A stretch of 64,000 bases of DNA. Source: Thalia democratica. Lineage: Eukaryota. The stretch spans positions 69,688,001-69,752,000 of the forward strand of contig OZ241826.1 in the NCBI GenBank assembly GCA_965202585.1, given 5' to 3'. Shown piece after piece: positions 26,901-41,900 of this stretch (the stretch's first letter is position 1; each line of letters begins with the position of its first letter). The notes beneath the pieces are model-generated. The model saw only the letters and a list, made by a program, of their open reading frames with translations. It ran no database searches and had not been told where the DNA came from. Made by a program: the position numbers and the translations under genes.

Positions 26901-29900
26901 CCACAGCGAATCGCGGACTTCCAACGCCCTTTCCCTCGCTTTCTGCGAGTTTCCGAGCGAAACTTTGTCGAGATCAGTAAGGTCTTCGATTACTGAGCGA
27001 GTCACCGTCGCGGCCGTGACGTAATCGACGTCCAACGTCATTAAAGAAAATTCTCGCCACCAGGTGGGCGTGGTCGAGCAGAGGAGGTCGCGGTTTGGCA
27101 AGAGGAGGTCTAGCAATTGGTGGTGGCTCATCACTTTGACGAAACCGCTCTGGTTTTCACCGGAACTTTCACAGAGTTGCATCAGCTCATTGAATTTATT
27201 GCTTTCGCCATTCAAAGCTGACTCAATGTTTTCAAGGGAATCCCATTCGGGGTTCTGAGTGACTTCAGCAGCGTTTGCTCGACACATAACTTTATATCTT
27301 TGCAACATTTGGGAAAAGTCAATACCTGGACAACAGTTTGTAGTTGGATCTTCGTTGGAATTGATGAAAAGTTCCCTGTTATATTGATATACATTGTATT
27401 TCTTATTGTAATGACTTAATTTTTTTTTTTTTGAAATATACTTTTTTTATCAAAAATTAATACTCAAAAATCAACATTCTTGGACATCTAAAATTAAAAA
27501 AACAAGTACCTTACTGCATCGCGGGTTTCAAAATCTTTCAGCTCTTCCAAATTTTTTATTTGTAACGTTTTTTTAATCTTGTTGCAACGGTCGTTAAATC
27601 CAATTAAAACCGGATCTTCTTTTGCTTCTTCGGAGTACTGATACTTGCCGTTATTCATGACAATGTACTTGTCAGGAAGCAAGCACTCGCGTAGGAGTTT
27701 GTGTACTTTGCTGACAATCTGCGTGAAAACGACTTGGAACTCTGACTTATTGTATTGCGATGTCATTAGAGACCTAAAATTAGATAATTTTAGAATATCT
27801 TACATAGCAAACTATTAATTTATACAATTATGTACAAACATGAAGAGGTGGTTTATTGTAGTGATAAAACTTTCCGCTTTTTCCAAAGTTGCGTCGTTTA
27901 CCAATCTATCGTTGTTTAAATTTGTTGCGCTGAACTCATCACGGATCTTTAACCTAAATAAATTTAAGCTAAGTAAACTACTTACTTTTTTTTAGTTTGC
28001 TGCAAAAGCAAAATATATATCACTCGTCTAGCACAATAGGGTTACTTCAAGGTAAAAAGTAAAGAAAATTGGTTAATTAACGGTAGAAAACACTATATAA
28101 CGACAAAACATTTTTTTCTCCAAAACATTTTTCAACTAACCAGCAAAAACGAAGCTCGTTGATATATTCGAGAGGCTGCATATTGTGAAGGTCAATCATT
28201 TTGCGTAATTTGGTTTTATCACTTCTAACCTTTGGATTTTTGATTTGGTTGTATTTTATCGAAATGAACATCGCTGATTTAGTGTGTATCTTTAACAACT
28301 CTGAGTAAAAATCTGCTTCAGTTTTTAGTTTTTTGTAAATATGACTTTCTTCTTCGGATAAAAGAGTAGATGTTGTAATAAAGGAGGCTAAGCTGGTTTG
28401 ATAAACACTACTCTGGCTTGTTCCTATTATAAAAAATGAAATATAAGAACAGTAAATGTAGTTTATTAAATCAATAAAAAATATATTTAAAAGCACAATA
28501 TGCTGTTTTTATCCCTACTGACCGTAGAAGTTCTTTAAGTTTTTACTCCACCGATCGTCCATCGGCATGTTTTCGTTGTAAGTCTGAAAATTTTTTATTG
28601 ATCAACTAATACATTTAACTTAATTTGTACAACCAACAAAACTAAAACTCACAATTGCTGCACCATTCACAACGTCACCGAAAACCGTATCAAGAGTTTT
28701 ATCGAATGCAAGTAGGAGTTGCTTCAAAGCAGCTTGCTCATCGTTTTCACGATCGACGCACAGCAGATCTACCACTTGCTTCACTACAGATTTAACGTAC
28801 AACACGTTGTTAGGGGTCGTCGTTTCCGCGGCTACCCGCAGGTTGGCAAGCAAACTTTCACGGTCGAAACCGTTGAAGATCTGCAAAGTTTTAAAAACGT
28901 GGGCAAGCCGGGGAGCAGTGATGTGGTCTCGAATTGTGGCTTTTTGGACCAAAGGAAGCGCAGTATTTTCAATAAAACCCTGTAGAAATATTTATTGACT
29001 TATTTGAACTAAATATCTTTATAAAAATTTACAAGTCAACCACTTACTTTCTAACGCTCGGTTTAAGAAACTAAAACTGATTAATATTATACTAAAAAGT
29101 TTAAACTATACTGAAACAAAAACTACTTTTTGATCGTCATCAAGAGACTGATCAACTTGCATGTCTTCATCTTTGACGTTTTTCTCAGCTTTTACTTCAG
29201 CAATTTCCAAGGGAATGTTTATTTCAACACACCTATTTCTCATTGCACGAGAAAGTTCTCCGCTGGATGGAGACATTGCTACAATTAACCTATTTAAAAT
29301 GCAAAAGATGAAAAGGGTCTTCAAAATTTTAAAACATCGGTTTATCAATTAGCATAATTTATCATAGAAACCAGTAAAGAAAATATTTACAACATTGCAC
29401 CTCAATTCTTCTAAAACAAATTAAATGTTACTTAAATGAATAGTTCAGTTTTCACTTATATCTATTAATGAATCGGTAGTTTTAAAATTTTTACAAAAAT
29501 ATCAGCTGAAAAATATTTGTACCTGAAGTTTTCGTGAGCTTTTATACGGACAATACTTCCATCAATGACACCTCTTTCAGTTATGAACAGAGTTCCATTT
29601 TCTTCCAGCAGCGAATTCATCCTATCGAGCACCGAAGCAGAACACAAGTTTGCCTCGTCAATAAGAAGCCAGTGGCCTGTAAGTTATGTAAAAGTTATAA
29701 TCAAATGAATTTACAAATAGCTGTTGATACAATTAAATATCGTATGTTTTTTGTTTTTTTTTGATAGAGTAGAGTATATATCAGGGTTTCCAAAGATTTA
29801 TGAAATTGTTTTTTCCAGGTTCTTTAAATTTTTTCCAGACTTTTAAAAGTATAAGTTTTATTGTTCATTTTTAGTATAAAATTAAATTTAGGGTAAATAG

Positions 29901-32900
29901 CTGTCTAAAATATTATAAGAGTATTGAAAAAATAATGTAATGTTACTTTAAATGTGTGTTATAATAAATAAGATTGTTAATGATTCAAAAAAATATTTTA
30001 TCTGATAGATATTTTGTTCCTAATCAAAATTTAATCATTTCAGGATTGCCACAGATCGAGCTGAAAAGATTTCCTGACTTTTCCTTTTTACTTTTTTGAT
30101 CAAATTAATAGTTAAAACCGGTTCAAAAATACATAAATAAAGACTTTAAGTTATGTTAAGTTTTCAATATTAAATTTATATAGGTAGAAACAACAATTCT
30201 TTTGCTGGATTTAATCATATAACTTCCATTGCATCATTTGAATCATATGTGTATGATCGATGTATATGCAATAAATAGCTTTATAAGTAAAAAACTTGTA
30301 TCTTTTCCACATAATAAATACACACCTGAGATCATAGAAGATTTTAAATTATTTCAAAAAATTCATTTGGATCCTAAAATAAAAAGAACTACAAAGGCTT
30401 TTTTCCCTGACTTTGTGGCAACCCTGTAATTGTACGGTTAAAAGTTAGTTAAATTCCAGGTTTTTTGGCAATACTGATTTATGCTACAGTTATTTATTAA
30501 TTAATTTATTATTATTACTATTATAAAGATATTTTTTAAACAAATAAAATATATTTCTTTATTTAACAAACCATTACTAAGCGCTTCAACAAGAACGCTG
30601 TCATTCCACTCGAAACTTCCATACTGTGCTTCGTTCTTTTTCCAAACTTCTAACAACAATTTTAGCTCCTTCACTAAACCTAGTTCATAGAAAATAAGTT
30701 GTATTCATAATATTTATTTACTTTTTCTTTTCGAAATAAGTTCTTGAATTAAAAAAAATAAAGCTATTTTATACAAACTGTCATTATAACAATTAAATTT
30801 CAGGAAAATTTTATTTAGAGCTGAATCATTTTAACTAATAAGACGAAATTAACTATGTACTTAAAAGTTTTTATAAAAATTTACAATATTTGTTTACTAT
30901 TTTTTAGAACTTCATATCAAAAATAAATTTAAGTCATAATAAGAGATTTTTGTTTAGTTTACTGTTAGTTTAAATTTACCTTGTAAGCGTTCGTTTTCTT
31001 CTAGTTCAGATATGAGATCATGACTCAAACTGAATGTTACATCATTAATCAACTTCTTAATATGATTTTTGTCATTTATTTTGCCACACTCGAAATCTTT
31101 TTCGTATTGTCGAAGATCTTCAACGACCTAAATTATATTTGTCTAAACTAAAAACAAACTTATATGTTTTTATATATTTCAACATATTTTTAACTACAAT
31201 TTTTATTTATGCTGAAATTTAAAACAAAATAAATCAACTATAAATATAACTGAAATACTTATATTAAAACGAATAATAACCTGAAAAACTTGGTCGTGAC
31301 GTGACGAAAGAAGAATTTCGCTCGAAAGCTCGTGCAGATGCCTGCAAATTTTCTTTCTGCAGTCGCTTTGTTCGAAACCTCCCAACAATTCCACGGCGTC
31401 CATGGAGCTGTTAGTTGACAACGTCGACAATTTGTTTCCGCTCAGCGTCGCCAAAGAGCTGATCACCGAACGACGTAGTCTCGAATCCTGACACGTTACA
31501 AGGCAAGGCCATTTTTGATTTAACGCAGTTGCAATACACTCCATTGGACGAATCATGTTTGTTGTTATGACGTCATCAAACCTCAGTGTTTCCAGTGACG
31601 TCAACAAGCAATTTTTGCGAGGGATTACTGCTTTCCCAATATGGACATTATCTTGCGTCACTGTGTACGCGCTAGTTGGGGTGTAAATATTTTCAACCTC
31701 AAACACGTCTTTTGTTAACTGAAGCATATTGCTTCTATCTTCTTCAGATCTCATTCTTTCAACGTAAATCAGGTTGATGTTTTTGCATGCCGACTTAAGA
31801 TATCTGTTTATGACGTCACTATCATGGCTGACATCAGAAACTATGAGCTGGCACCACCTCTGAAGATCTCTGAGGTTGAATTCCCATGGATGGCCGTGGA
31901 AACCCCATTTTCTCTGACGCAAGATCTCGTCACAAACCTGAGGATTTCAACAATTAATAGAAATAGTAAAAATAAGCGAAAATCTTTTCATATAATTATA
32001 ATTTAAGTAATATTTTACCCCGAACAAACCAACATATAGTTCTACTAAAAAATTACTATCTTTAAAATTTAAAAACACGTCAGTTTTAATTGAATTGTCA
32101 ACGGCATTTATGTAAAAAATAAGTATATTGACGACAATTTTGACTTGAAAGTAAAACTATTAAATCTAATTTTTAACTTAGTTCTTCAATTAATTTTACC
32201 TTATGGTGGAATTTCATCATTTTGTCAAGCACGACTTCGGGAATGTCGGGGATTCTCAATTTTCTCAAAATCAATTTCAAATCTTCCACTTCTAGATCGC
32301 TCACATGGACCTAAACCATATTTGAAAGTAAGTATAACTAAAAACTTTTAAAACATCTTTCTTATAAAATAAAATTTAATTAATGCAAACCTGAGTGAAT
32401 CTGTTAAGGAACGATTTAGGAAGTCCCTTCCTGCCGCCACCCTCGTGCTGGGGATTCTGACAAGCGAATATCTTTGTTTTCATGTGATCCACCTGAAACT
32501 TCCTGCACAATTCGGGCACGAACACCTCGCCACGATGGTCGAATATTCCGTTCAGACCCTCCAACACCGCTTGTGGTGCCAAGTTCAGCTGTGTTACAAA
32601 AGTAGTTATGAATAAAACAACAAATAAATTGCAAACATCTGTGATTAAAAGATCGATGTCTTTCTATCAAAAAAGTATGATGAATGCTGAATACCTTAAA
32701 CACAAAATAATATAAATATTACAAATATTCAAAAATGTTCATCTTAGCAATGTTTTTTTGTGTAGCTATTGATCATTAGTTTCAAAACGTGATTATATTT
32801 AATTACTTAAAACCACATTTAACCATATAAAACCTCATCGAGGACGACCCAGTCTCCATTTTTCATGGCCGACAAAAGCGGTCCGTCCCTCCAAGAAAAC

Positions 32901-35900
32901 TGTCCACTTTCGCCGCCTTCCACTGGCAAATCCGACCCGAATAAGTCCGATATGTCCTGTTTTATTTTTCTAGTTACATCTATAATTAAAAAAATTAAAG
33001 ATTTTATAATAAAAACAAAATATTGTGTACTAAGCAAAATAATTTAAACATAGCGACTATTGTTTCTTATAATAAGCTAAACTCAAAATATAAATTTAAT
33101 TGGACTTTTAAAAATTAAAATTTAGGAAAGTATAATAAAAAACCAACGGTTTGTTCAGACAAGTTGATTCTGACGAGGTTGCTTCCCGCCATCTTAGCGA
33201 GAGCCGCCACCAGCGACGTCTTGCCGCAACCGGGCGATCCTTCCAGCAGGAGGGGCCTCGACAGGTTCAATGCTCGCAAGCATCTCATCGCGTTCATCGC
33301 GCTCGTTGCTATGCTGAACGTGAACTCTTCTTTCTGATTGGCTGAAGCAGTAACTGTTGATAAGGGAATTGTAAGTAGTGTAAATTTTACGCTTAAAGCA
33401 TATAGTTTAAAAATTCCTTTTGTTCTTTAATACATTTGATCGTAATTAAGTAAACTTATTAGTACGGTTTGAACGAGTGTACTTTAAAACTGTTTGCTAG
33501 ATATGTTGAAAGAAATTTCACGATATTGATCTCAATTTTTTATGGTCAAATTGTGTTAAACGACTAATACTTGTTATATAACTTAAATTAATCACTAATT
33601 GTACTATTATTGTTAATAAAAAGCAATTTAACTTAAAGTGAGAAGAAAAAAGTAAGTTATAAAGCTTTAAATTATCTACATTGTTATTTCAGACCAACAA
33701 AAAATCTCTTAAATTTTTTCATATAAAACTCAAGCTTACTTTCTCTTTTAAGTGAGAATGGAGACACAGTAAATTCGCTTTCTGTGCACTCAACTTCAGG
33801 AATGTAAGAAATTCCGTTTTTTTCATTGGTCAACCAGAGAGAAACATCGGCTTCTAATTGGATGTTTTCCTCAACCAATTGCTGATGCAAAAACTTGAGG
33901 CATTCTGATTTTGCAGCTGCTCGCTCTCTCACAAATGAACTGGAAACACCTGAGAAAGATTTTAGTTAAAAAAAAGTTAAATATTACAAGCCTTCTAGTT
34001 TTTATTTCTTATGTACAATGAGAAAAGATAATAATAAAATTACTAAATAAATTCGAAATATTTCAATACTGCATCAGTGCAAAGTAGTTATTTTTGTTTA
34101 CTATTTCTTAGTTGAAATTATACCTGATCCGATTCCGTCGACATAAACAAGGCAAGCGGCGTGCAAATAACTAGATGCAGGAGTGTGGTGATTTCTCACG
34201 GAGTTCATGAAATTACACCACGTCAGAAGATCACGAACTGATATAATGAATCTGTATCATACATCAAAAACTTATATTAGTATTCATCACTTGAGTTTTT
34301 AAGATTATTTTATTAATAGAAACCACTTTAATTACCTTTTTCCAAATGTAGTCGACTTGAACCACTCAACAAAGTCAACTATCAAACGCGCAAACTTTGT
34401 GTTTAAGTTTATATTTACTTCTACCTGTATTCATAAACATATTAGCTTTTTTGTTAACAATATACAAAATTGAAAGTTTTTCAATTTAGCTAAAATTTAA
34501 TTCAAGATTTTAATAAAGATTTTTAACTTTATTGTTGAAACCTGATTAAGTATTAAATGGTTGTTAATCCTTGTCTGACTAAACTGTAAGTTTTGTAATA
34601 GCCGTAATTATTTTTTTAAATGTTTTACTCACGAAAAAAGTTTAACATTCATAGAGCTTCAAACTGAACGTTACTATTTAAAAAATTTTCAAACACACTT
34701 TCAAAATTAACATACATGATCAAGATGAAGATTGTGTTGCAGTATGCGCATGAGGTCGTGCTTCTTGTGATCCGAATGGCACCAGATCTCGGTCATTCTG
34801 TTCCTGAGGGCGGGAGAAAGTTCCTTCTTGCCGAAATCGCCACCCGGGTTCATGGTGGCCATGAATTGAAAGTTTGAGTGCGCGGTTATGTTCGTGTGCT
34901 GATTGGTGTTCTTTGAAATAAATTGTATATTTCAAAATTATAAGAACATATACAAGATTAATTTAAACTATAAAAAAAAATTACTTAATAATTAATAAGA
35001 TTATTTGTAATCTTGTTGAGTAAAAATAGTATACGTAAAATCATTAAAACTACGAACTTATGATAAAAAATTAAAGCACGTCAGCTCTGATGATATTAAA
35101 AGACAAATTACCAAAGAAGTGTAAAAAATTCAATTAAAATTACTAATTTCAAATTTATTTGTTTTGTAACAACTTAAAATCATATTTAAACAAAAAAAAC
35201 AAATTAACAACTAGTTACAGTTTTTAGATTATATAGTACACTTATTGGTATCTTAGTAGTTGACGAAAAAAAACCTCTACAATCCTGTCCGGTACATTTA
35301 ATTTTCTTTCTTGCTCAAGCACGGAGTTGAGTCTTTCCAGCACGGAATCTTCAGCTAGTGAAATCTCGTCAACGAGAATGTGATCTCCGCATGTCATACT
35401 CGACACTAGGGGGCCGTCGTACCATTCAAACAACTTCTTGCTTTTCTCTTCATCGTCATTATTTTCATGACGCGCCTGTTTATGGATAATGGTTTTATAG
35501 TTTTTAAGCTTCATCATGGTTTCAAAATTTGTTACAAATGATTAAATATTTATTTAGCTGCAGTTTACGTTGTTTATATAAAACAAACGCTTGCTTAGCA
35601 AATACTTAATGATGCAAAATCTTTTTTCAGTGTTTAGAATTACGAACAGTTTGCTGGTCCACATAAAACATTTGTTGTTTTAAATTTATATGTTTATTTT
35701 ACTTCCTCCTAACAAAATGTAGTAATAAAACTGTAATAACAAGACCACTAACAGGTCTCAATCCTCCAATGAAGTCTGATGCTTCAGTGTTGGAGTGGCA
35801 ATTGACGATGTTGAGGCTACAGTTGTTCGATGAAGCGATCATCTGGCAAACTGTCGTCTTACCGCCACCAGTTTCGCCGACCAACAAGGCCGGCTCATTG

Positions 35901-38900
35901 AATTGAAGGCATCGGTGCAATGTTATGAACATCCTGTGCGTTGAGAAAAAATATTGAATATATACCAATCACGTGCTTGAAGCTTATGTCATAATTACGT
36001 GTATATATATATATCTTTTTTAAAAAAGCTGTTAATCACATTAACTTATATGTGTTCAATTTATTTGATTGGTTTTCAACTTAAACTGCAGTATGTTTTT
36101 TATAAGATTGATAAAAAGAAAACTTACGAATAAAATATAATTTATACTTACCTTCTCATTGGTTGAGTCCAAACCACGTGGTCAAATCTACCGTCAAGTT
36201 TGGTGTTTGAGAGTATTTTGTCGACAGACTCCTGTCCGAACAACTCTTCTCTGTCAACCTTGCCTCTGAAGTGTTTCTGCAAAATCTTTTCTATTTTGTG
36301 TTCTTCCTCGGCGCTTCTGACGCGGCCTGCGAGGAGTAAAAATCCGTCGTTCAACAAAAACTGGTCGTTGTTTCTTATCTCGCCGGTCGCTCCGTCCTTA
36401 CTGTACCTGTCAGCCCACTTGAACAAGTCTCTCAACGTAATGAAGCCCTCTTTTCCTCTAGTTATATCGTTTTGTGCCATTTGTAAGTCGATCATGCACT
36501 TGACCAGCTTTTCACACTGGCTTTCCGATATTGCGCATCTCTTGGAAAGAATAATTTTAAGTTCTTCTGTGGGAATACCCTCAAACTTTAGCTCGATGAA
36601 ACGGTTCCTGAAAGCTCTGGAAAGAAGTTTCCGGCCACCGTACAATCCTGGAGGGTTCTGGGTTGCGAAAAGCATGAACCTGTTTAATGTAGTTCGTTTA
36701 TATATGAGTTCGTTGTATATATTTCTATTTGTGGAAAACATATTATTAGAAACATATAATTTAGGTAATACTTATAATAACTTATTTAAAAAAACAAATA
36801 TTTAATAAAAATAATTATATTCGGGACCGTTCAAAATCCACCCGCGATCAAAATCCACCCAGTCAAATTCGAGAACCGCTTACCGATCGAGGGTAAGGGT
36901 TAGGGGTAAGAGTGATAGTGAAAAATAAATAAATAAAATAAATATATAGAGTAAGTTGATAAATATAGAAAATATTTTAAAAAATCAGGTGGATTTTGAA
37001 CGCGGGTGGATTTTGATCGGGTTGATTTTGAACGCGGTGGATTTTGATAGTATACCTATTATTCACTTAAAAAAAATAAAAACTATATTTCAATTATCGA
37101 TATAAATCAATTGTTTACTTTGCGTGGGCAGGGACAACTTCTTGAGTTTCCGGAATGAAAATTTCCCTGTTGTCATCTAAAACTCTGTTCAAAGCCTCCA
37201 AAATATCCGTTGGAGCAAGATTAAGTTCGTCGAGAATTATCCAATGGCCTTCGCGCATTGCTGTTACTAGAGGACCATCATGGTAAACAAGTCTACCTGT
37301 TTTTAAAAGGTAGATAAACTTAGTAAGGTAAAGTAATGTAATTTTTTTATCTTAAAAAAAAATTAAAGTTATTAATACAAAATATATATTGAAAACTTAT
37401 TATATTTAACAATAAGTTTTACTTAATAAGTTTTAAAAACTTTTAAAAAAATTGAAACCACAAACCATCTTTATCGGAAGCGTAACTTCCCAGATATTCT
37501 TGAAGATCAGTGTGCTCGTGGTTGTTTATCCGCACAATTTTGTTGCCCGTTATCCTTCCCAGGTGAGAAATCAAACTCGTCTTACCTGTGGAGGTTGCTC
37601 CTTCGATCAACACTGGGAATTTGCCATAAGCTACCGGCCTGTTTAATGTTAATATTCAGTCTCATTCAAATCTTTAGATTATTTGATGAAAAGCACTTGA
37701 TTTAAAATAAATCTATTAATGCCCCGTATATATGCTTTTAATTAGTAACCTTGCGAGAAGTCTCAAATTTTCCTTCACCGAAGCAGTCAAAATGTATCTA
37801 GGATCTTCTTGTGGTTTCAAAAAACCTTTGCCTATCAGATGGGACTCAACATTGACAAAATTTTTCAGGTTACTTTTGGGCTCGATTATCCTTTCTTTGC
37901 TGTAAAGTTTGCAATCACTTTGGTGTGAACAAGTTGTTTAAGAAATTAATATACTTTCGTTTTTTTATGCTAAATAATAATTTTACTTGTAAACAGTTAT
38001 ATTTTCAATTAGAGATCTATTTATTGATTTTTTATAAGCTAAACAGTAAAACAGAACATTCATAAGCTAAGCAGTCTAATAAAAACAAAAACTTGAACTT
38101 ACGCAACACTGCTAACGGCTTTTTGCATAGGTTTAATAAGCTTAATGATTTCTGCATGGAAATTTCGCTCGAGACCAGTCAAAAACGCCAGACTGAAGCC
38201 TTCCATCAATGCTTTTCTTAATGGCATGTCCATTTGATCGACAACAAACTGGAGAGATCTGTAGTATTCGAATTTTGTTAACAACTGTGTTGAAACAGTA
38301 TCATTATTAAAATAACTTATGACAATGATTCTAAACTTTAAATGTTTTCACTATGTTTTTCGATATGAAATAAATATACGAAAAGTTATTTTTATTATGA
38401 TTTTGATAGTGATTAAAAAAATACTTTATAACCAATGGGAAAAACAAACCTGCACAAAGTACGAAGTGAATAGTGAGGCATCTTACTATAATCTTTTGAA
38501 AAAAGCTTAGCAGGAACCTGACGCACTTTCCGATAAAATCTTACTACTTGCTCTTTAACTTCTGCATTCACGTCCTAAAATATTTTTTAATCTAAACTAT
38601 TAGTAAAGCCTTATAAAAATTATCCATGTACTTTTTTTTTTCCTTAATACTTTTAAGAACTTTAATTAATTATTATGAATAACCATTAACTGCATAGAAT
38701 CGCATTTAATTCAAAGTTAAATAAAAATTTAAAATTCACCTTTTTAAAATATTTTTAAACCATTCACTTAAACAACTAAAAACTTTTCTACATTATTTTC
38801 CGTATATACCTAAAAAAGCGCTTTTTTTTTAACTAGTTAAAATTTACAAAAGACAACGCAACGAACGGCTCTTTTGTCGAGGTACTTGTCCACGATGATT

Positions 38901-41900
38901 CTGACGTCATTGACATCCGTGGGCTCATTCACGTAAACTTCCGTGAACCTGTTCCTACTTCCCTCTGCCAACTGTCTCTTACCCACGTCCGTTGCCGGAT
39001 TCATCGCTGCGAACACTCTGTTGTAAAATTAATTAAGTTTGAATAAAATGATTCAGGTTAGTCATACTAACTTGCAGAAAAAATGTTTAAAAGTTATTTT
39101 TTGCTTTTAAAGATTTTACCAGAATAAAATAGTCTTTGCACATCTGAAATTATTTATTACTGCAAAACTAAGGTTACTGATTTATTTTCAAGTAGTATAA
39201 AAATGGTGAAACTTATATAATTTTTTTTTAATTTAAGTTAACTAAGCTTTAAAACTAATTAAACTTATTTCTTGGTAAGTTTCAAGTGCAAAAATTACTT
39301 TAAATTTACGCAGTTTACAATTTGCTACAAACCGAAATTCAGGGTTTCTCTCTATAGGTTTGGAGTCTCCTTTTTCCAAAAGCACCACGGATCCTTGGGC
39401 AGATTCCAAAATTCCACTCAGGCACTCGAGAGTTTCAGAAGATGCTAAATTTATTTCATCGAGAAGGAGCCAGTCACCTGACTGCATGCACTTAGCTAGT
39501 TGACCTGTGATACCATAATAGTACAATTAGGACTTAAACACCGTAACTATTTATAAACTTAAGATATCAATATTGTGAATAGTTTTTAATATTAGTTATT
39601 TTATTAATTTTTAAAAATCTCTCACATTTCGACTTAATTTTTGTAACACAGATATGAACATAATTGAATCATAAGACAATTCTTTAAAATTATTAATCTT
39701 CGACAAAACAAACTATAAAAATAAAATAAGATTCATACATATCATGGTTTTTATCAAATCTGTAAATAAAATTAGACTAACCTTTAACAAAGTCAAACGC
39801 AACTGGAGAGTTTGACTTAATCTTAACGCCAAGGTTCTTAAGGCAGACTTGAAACTGCAACCATTCTTCAAGTAGCTTTTCATCTGCGCTTCCCTTGTTT
39901 TCTTTGTCTTGAACTTTCTTCTCTTCTTTTGCAATTACGTGTATTGTGACTCCTTCCATGGTGTTATACAGTTTTTTGTACCTAAATAAACAAACGAATT
40001 TTACATGGTATTTTTAAACTAAATATCCAGTTCAAAAATAAGAACAGAACTAAGTTACAGATAAAAAACAAACGACAAACTTTATAAATTAACCAAAAAA
40101 ATTTACTGAATGATTAAATTTTTAATGACATAATGTAAATCATCTATTTTTATATCTACAATCTTATATTTTCAACTTAAATTGCTCACAAATAAAATAA
40201 ACATATACAAAAAATGTCAACCACAAACGTTGTAAGTCAGTGTTTTATTGGAAACTTGGTTAAAATGTAAATTCTTAAACAATTATTTTAAAGATCTATA
40301 ACAGTGTCGATAAGCTGTAAGGAGGCGAAAGGTGGGCCGTGACTAGTAACGGGGCTTTTAATAGATATTCTGGGGTTTGAAATGAAGAGAAAAATAATAA
40401 TAAAGGCTATAGAACTTAACGAGAAATTCGAAACTTACAGTATATATTCTAGGGTTTGTAACGAGTAGAGGCGATCATTGTATAATTTTCCAAAAAGGAG
40501 GCGATTATGAAAAAGAGTTTAGAAAACCCTGATCTATAACTTAAAACATTTCATGTTTAAACTAAACTTCTGCATAACACATATACTAATTTGTTACCTA
40601 GTAATATACCATTTGAAAAAATTCAAATACAAATTAATTTCAAAAAACAATGTTTTCAAAACGATTTACCTATTTTTAGGTAATGCAAGTTTTCTTTTTA
40701 GTATTTAGTTTACTTGGAATACAAAACCATTTTTAAGCTTTCCAGTTTTGCTCAAAATATTGATAGTGAAAGTTGAAGTTGTATTAGATTTAAATGAGAG
40801 TAAATTTTATAACGTATATTGGAGAATTCAAAGCAGTTAAAATTGCTATTTTTAAAATATTAAATAAAATAGTTTAAAAAAGTATTAAAAATCTCATGTA
40901 AAAATATAAATTCTTAAAACAGTTTATACCAACTAACTTTTGTTTTTGTGAACACTGTCTCAAAGACTTCGTAAAACTCTCAGGCAAATTACAGTTGCTT
41001 CTATGCAAAAGATCTTCGAACATTTCTCTTACGGGTCGCACTGTGTGCTTTATTTGAAAAGGTTTGTATCCACCGAGCAAATCTGAAGCACTCGACTGCT
41101 GCGACATGTTCAGTACGTGCAGTTTCTTGCCTGTCACAATTCTCATAGTTACAAAAGTAATCAGAAACTACTCAATTCAACTTCTTATTTATCTTTTATA
41201 GAAAATAATAAAATCTGAATATACAATTTAACGTTTATAAGTAAAACAACAAACTTGTAATAATCTTCGTACTTAAAAATATGATAAACTCTTAAAGTAT
41301 ACTTCAAATACACATACCAGTTTGTTGAGCGAGATATTGCAATACGGTGGTTTTTCCAACACCAGTTTCACCAACTAACAAGACCGGCTCATTGTGCTCA
41401 ACACAACCCAATAACTGCTCCAATAATGCACTTGCAATCCTTCAATTTATACACAAACTTTGAACTTACTGTTTATTTATATAAATCATCAGCTAAAAAT
41501 AAACAAATCATATGGAGTTATTTTAAATAACTAAATTAACATTCTTAAATTACAACTTTTTAAAGCTATTTATTAAGAAATAACCTGGTTTTGGCAAAGC
41601 TAATTTTCTTAACAGCTTGCAGCCTAGGTTTTCTGTCCTTATTTTTCGACGTTTCTTCAGGTCTTTTGATTTCATATCGACCAGCTTTTAATAATTTCTG
41701 ACTCGATATGACATCTGGATTTCGGTTCTTATAATCGTCGAGCTGTAAGTTGTTTAATTGGTCATTCCGTTTACAATAAGTGTTTGAGTAGTATATATTT
41801 TCTTTTCAGACTAAACAACTCTAATCTTTAAAGTTCTCAATAAAACTATTTTGCTTAACGCAACAAAGTATACAATAAACAAACGAGCTGCGGCTTGCAG

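Noticed and set aside
21278-26980. Many plus-strand and alternative-frame ORFs (e.g. 224 aa at 21881, 161 aa at 24955)
   Set aside because: Antisense or off-frame shadows of the MDN1 giant exon and its low-complexity acidic tail.
29048-29076. Possible MDN1 micro-exon with a strong GTAAGT donor
   Set aside because: Every acceptor/phase combination tried gives a stop or frameshift; exons 40 and 41 join directly in phase 0.
36200-36805. 201-aa plus-strand ORF
   Set aside because: Antisense shadow of MDN1 exon 25; similar short ORFs opposite other MDN1 and spectraplakin exons were also dismissed.
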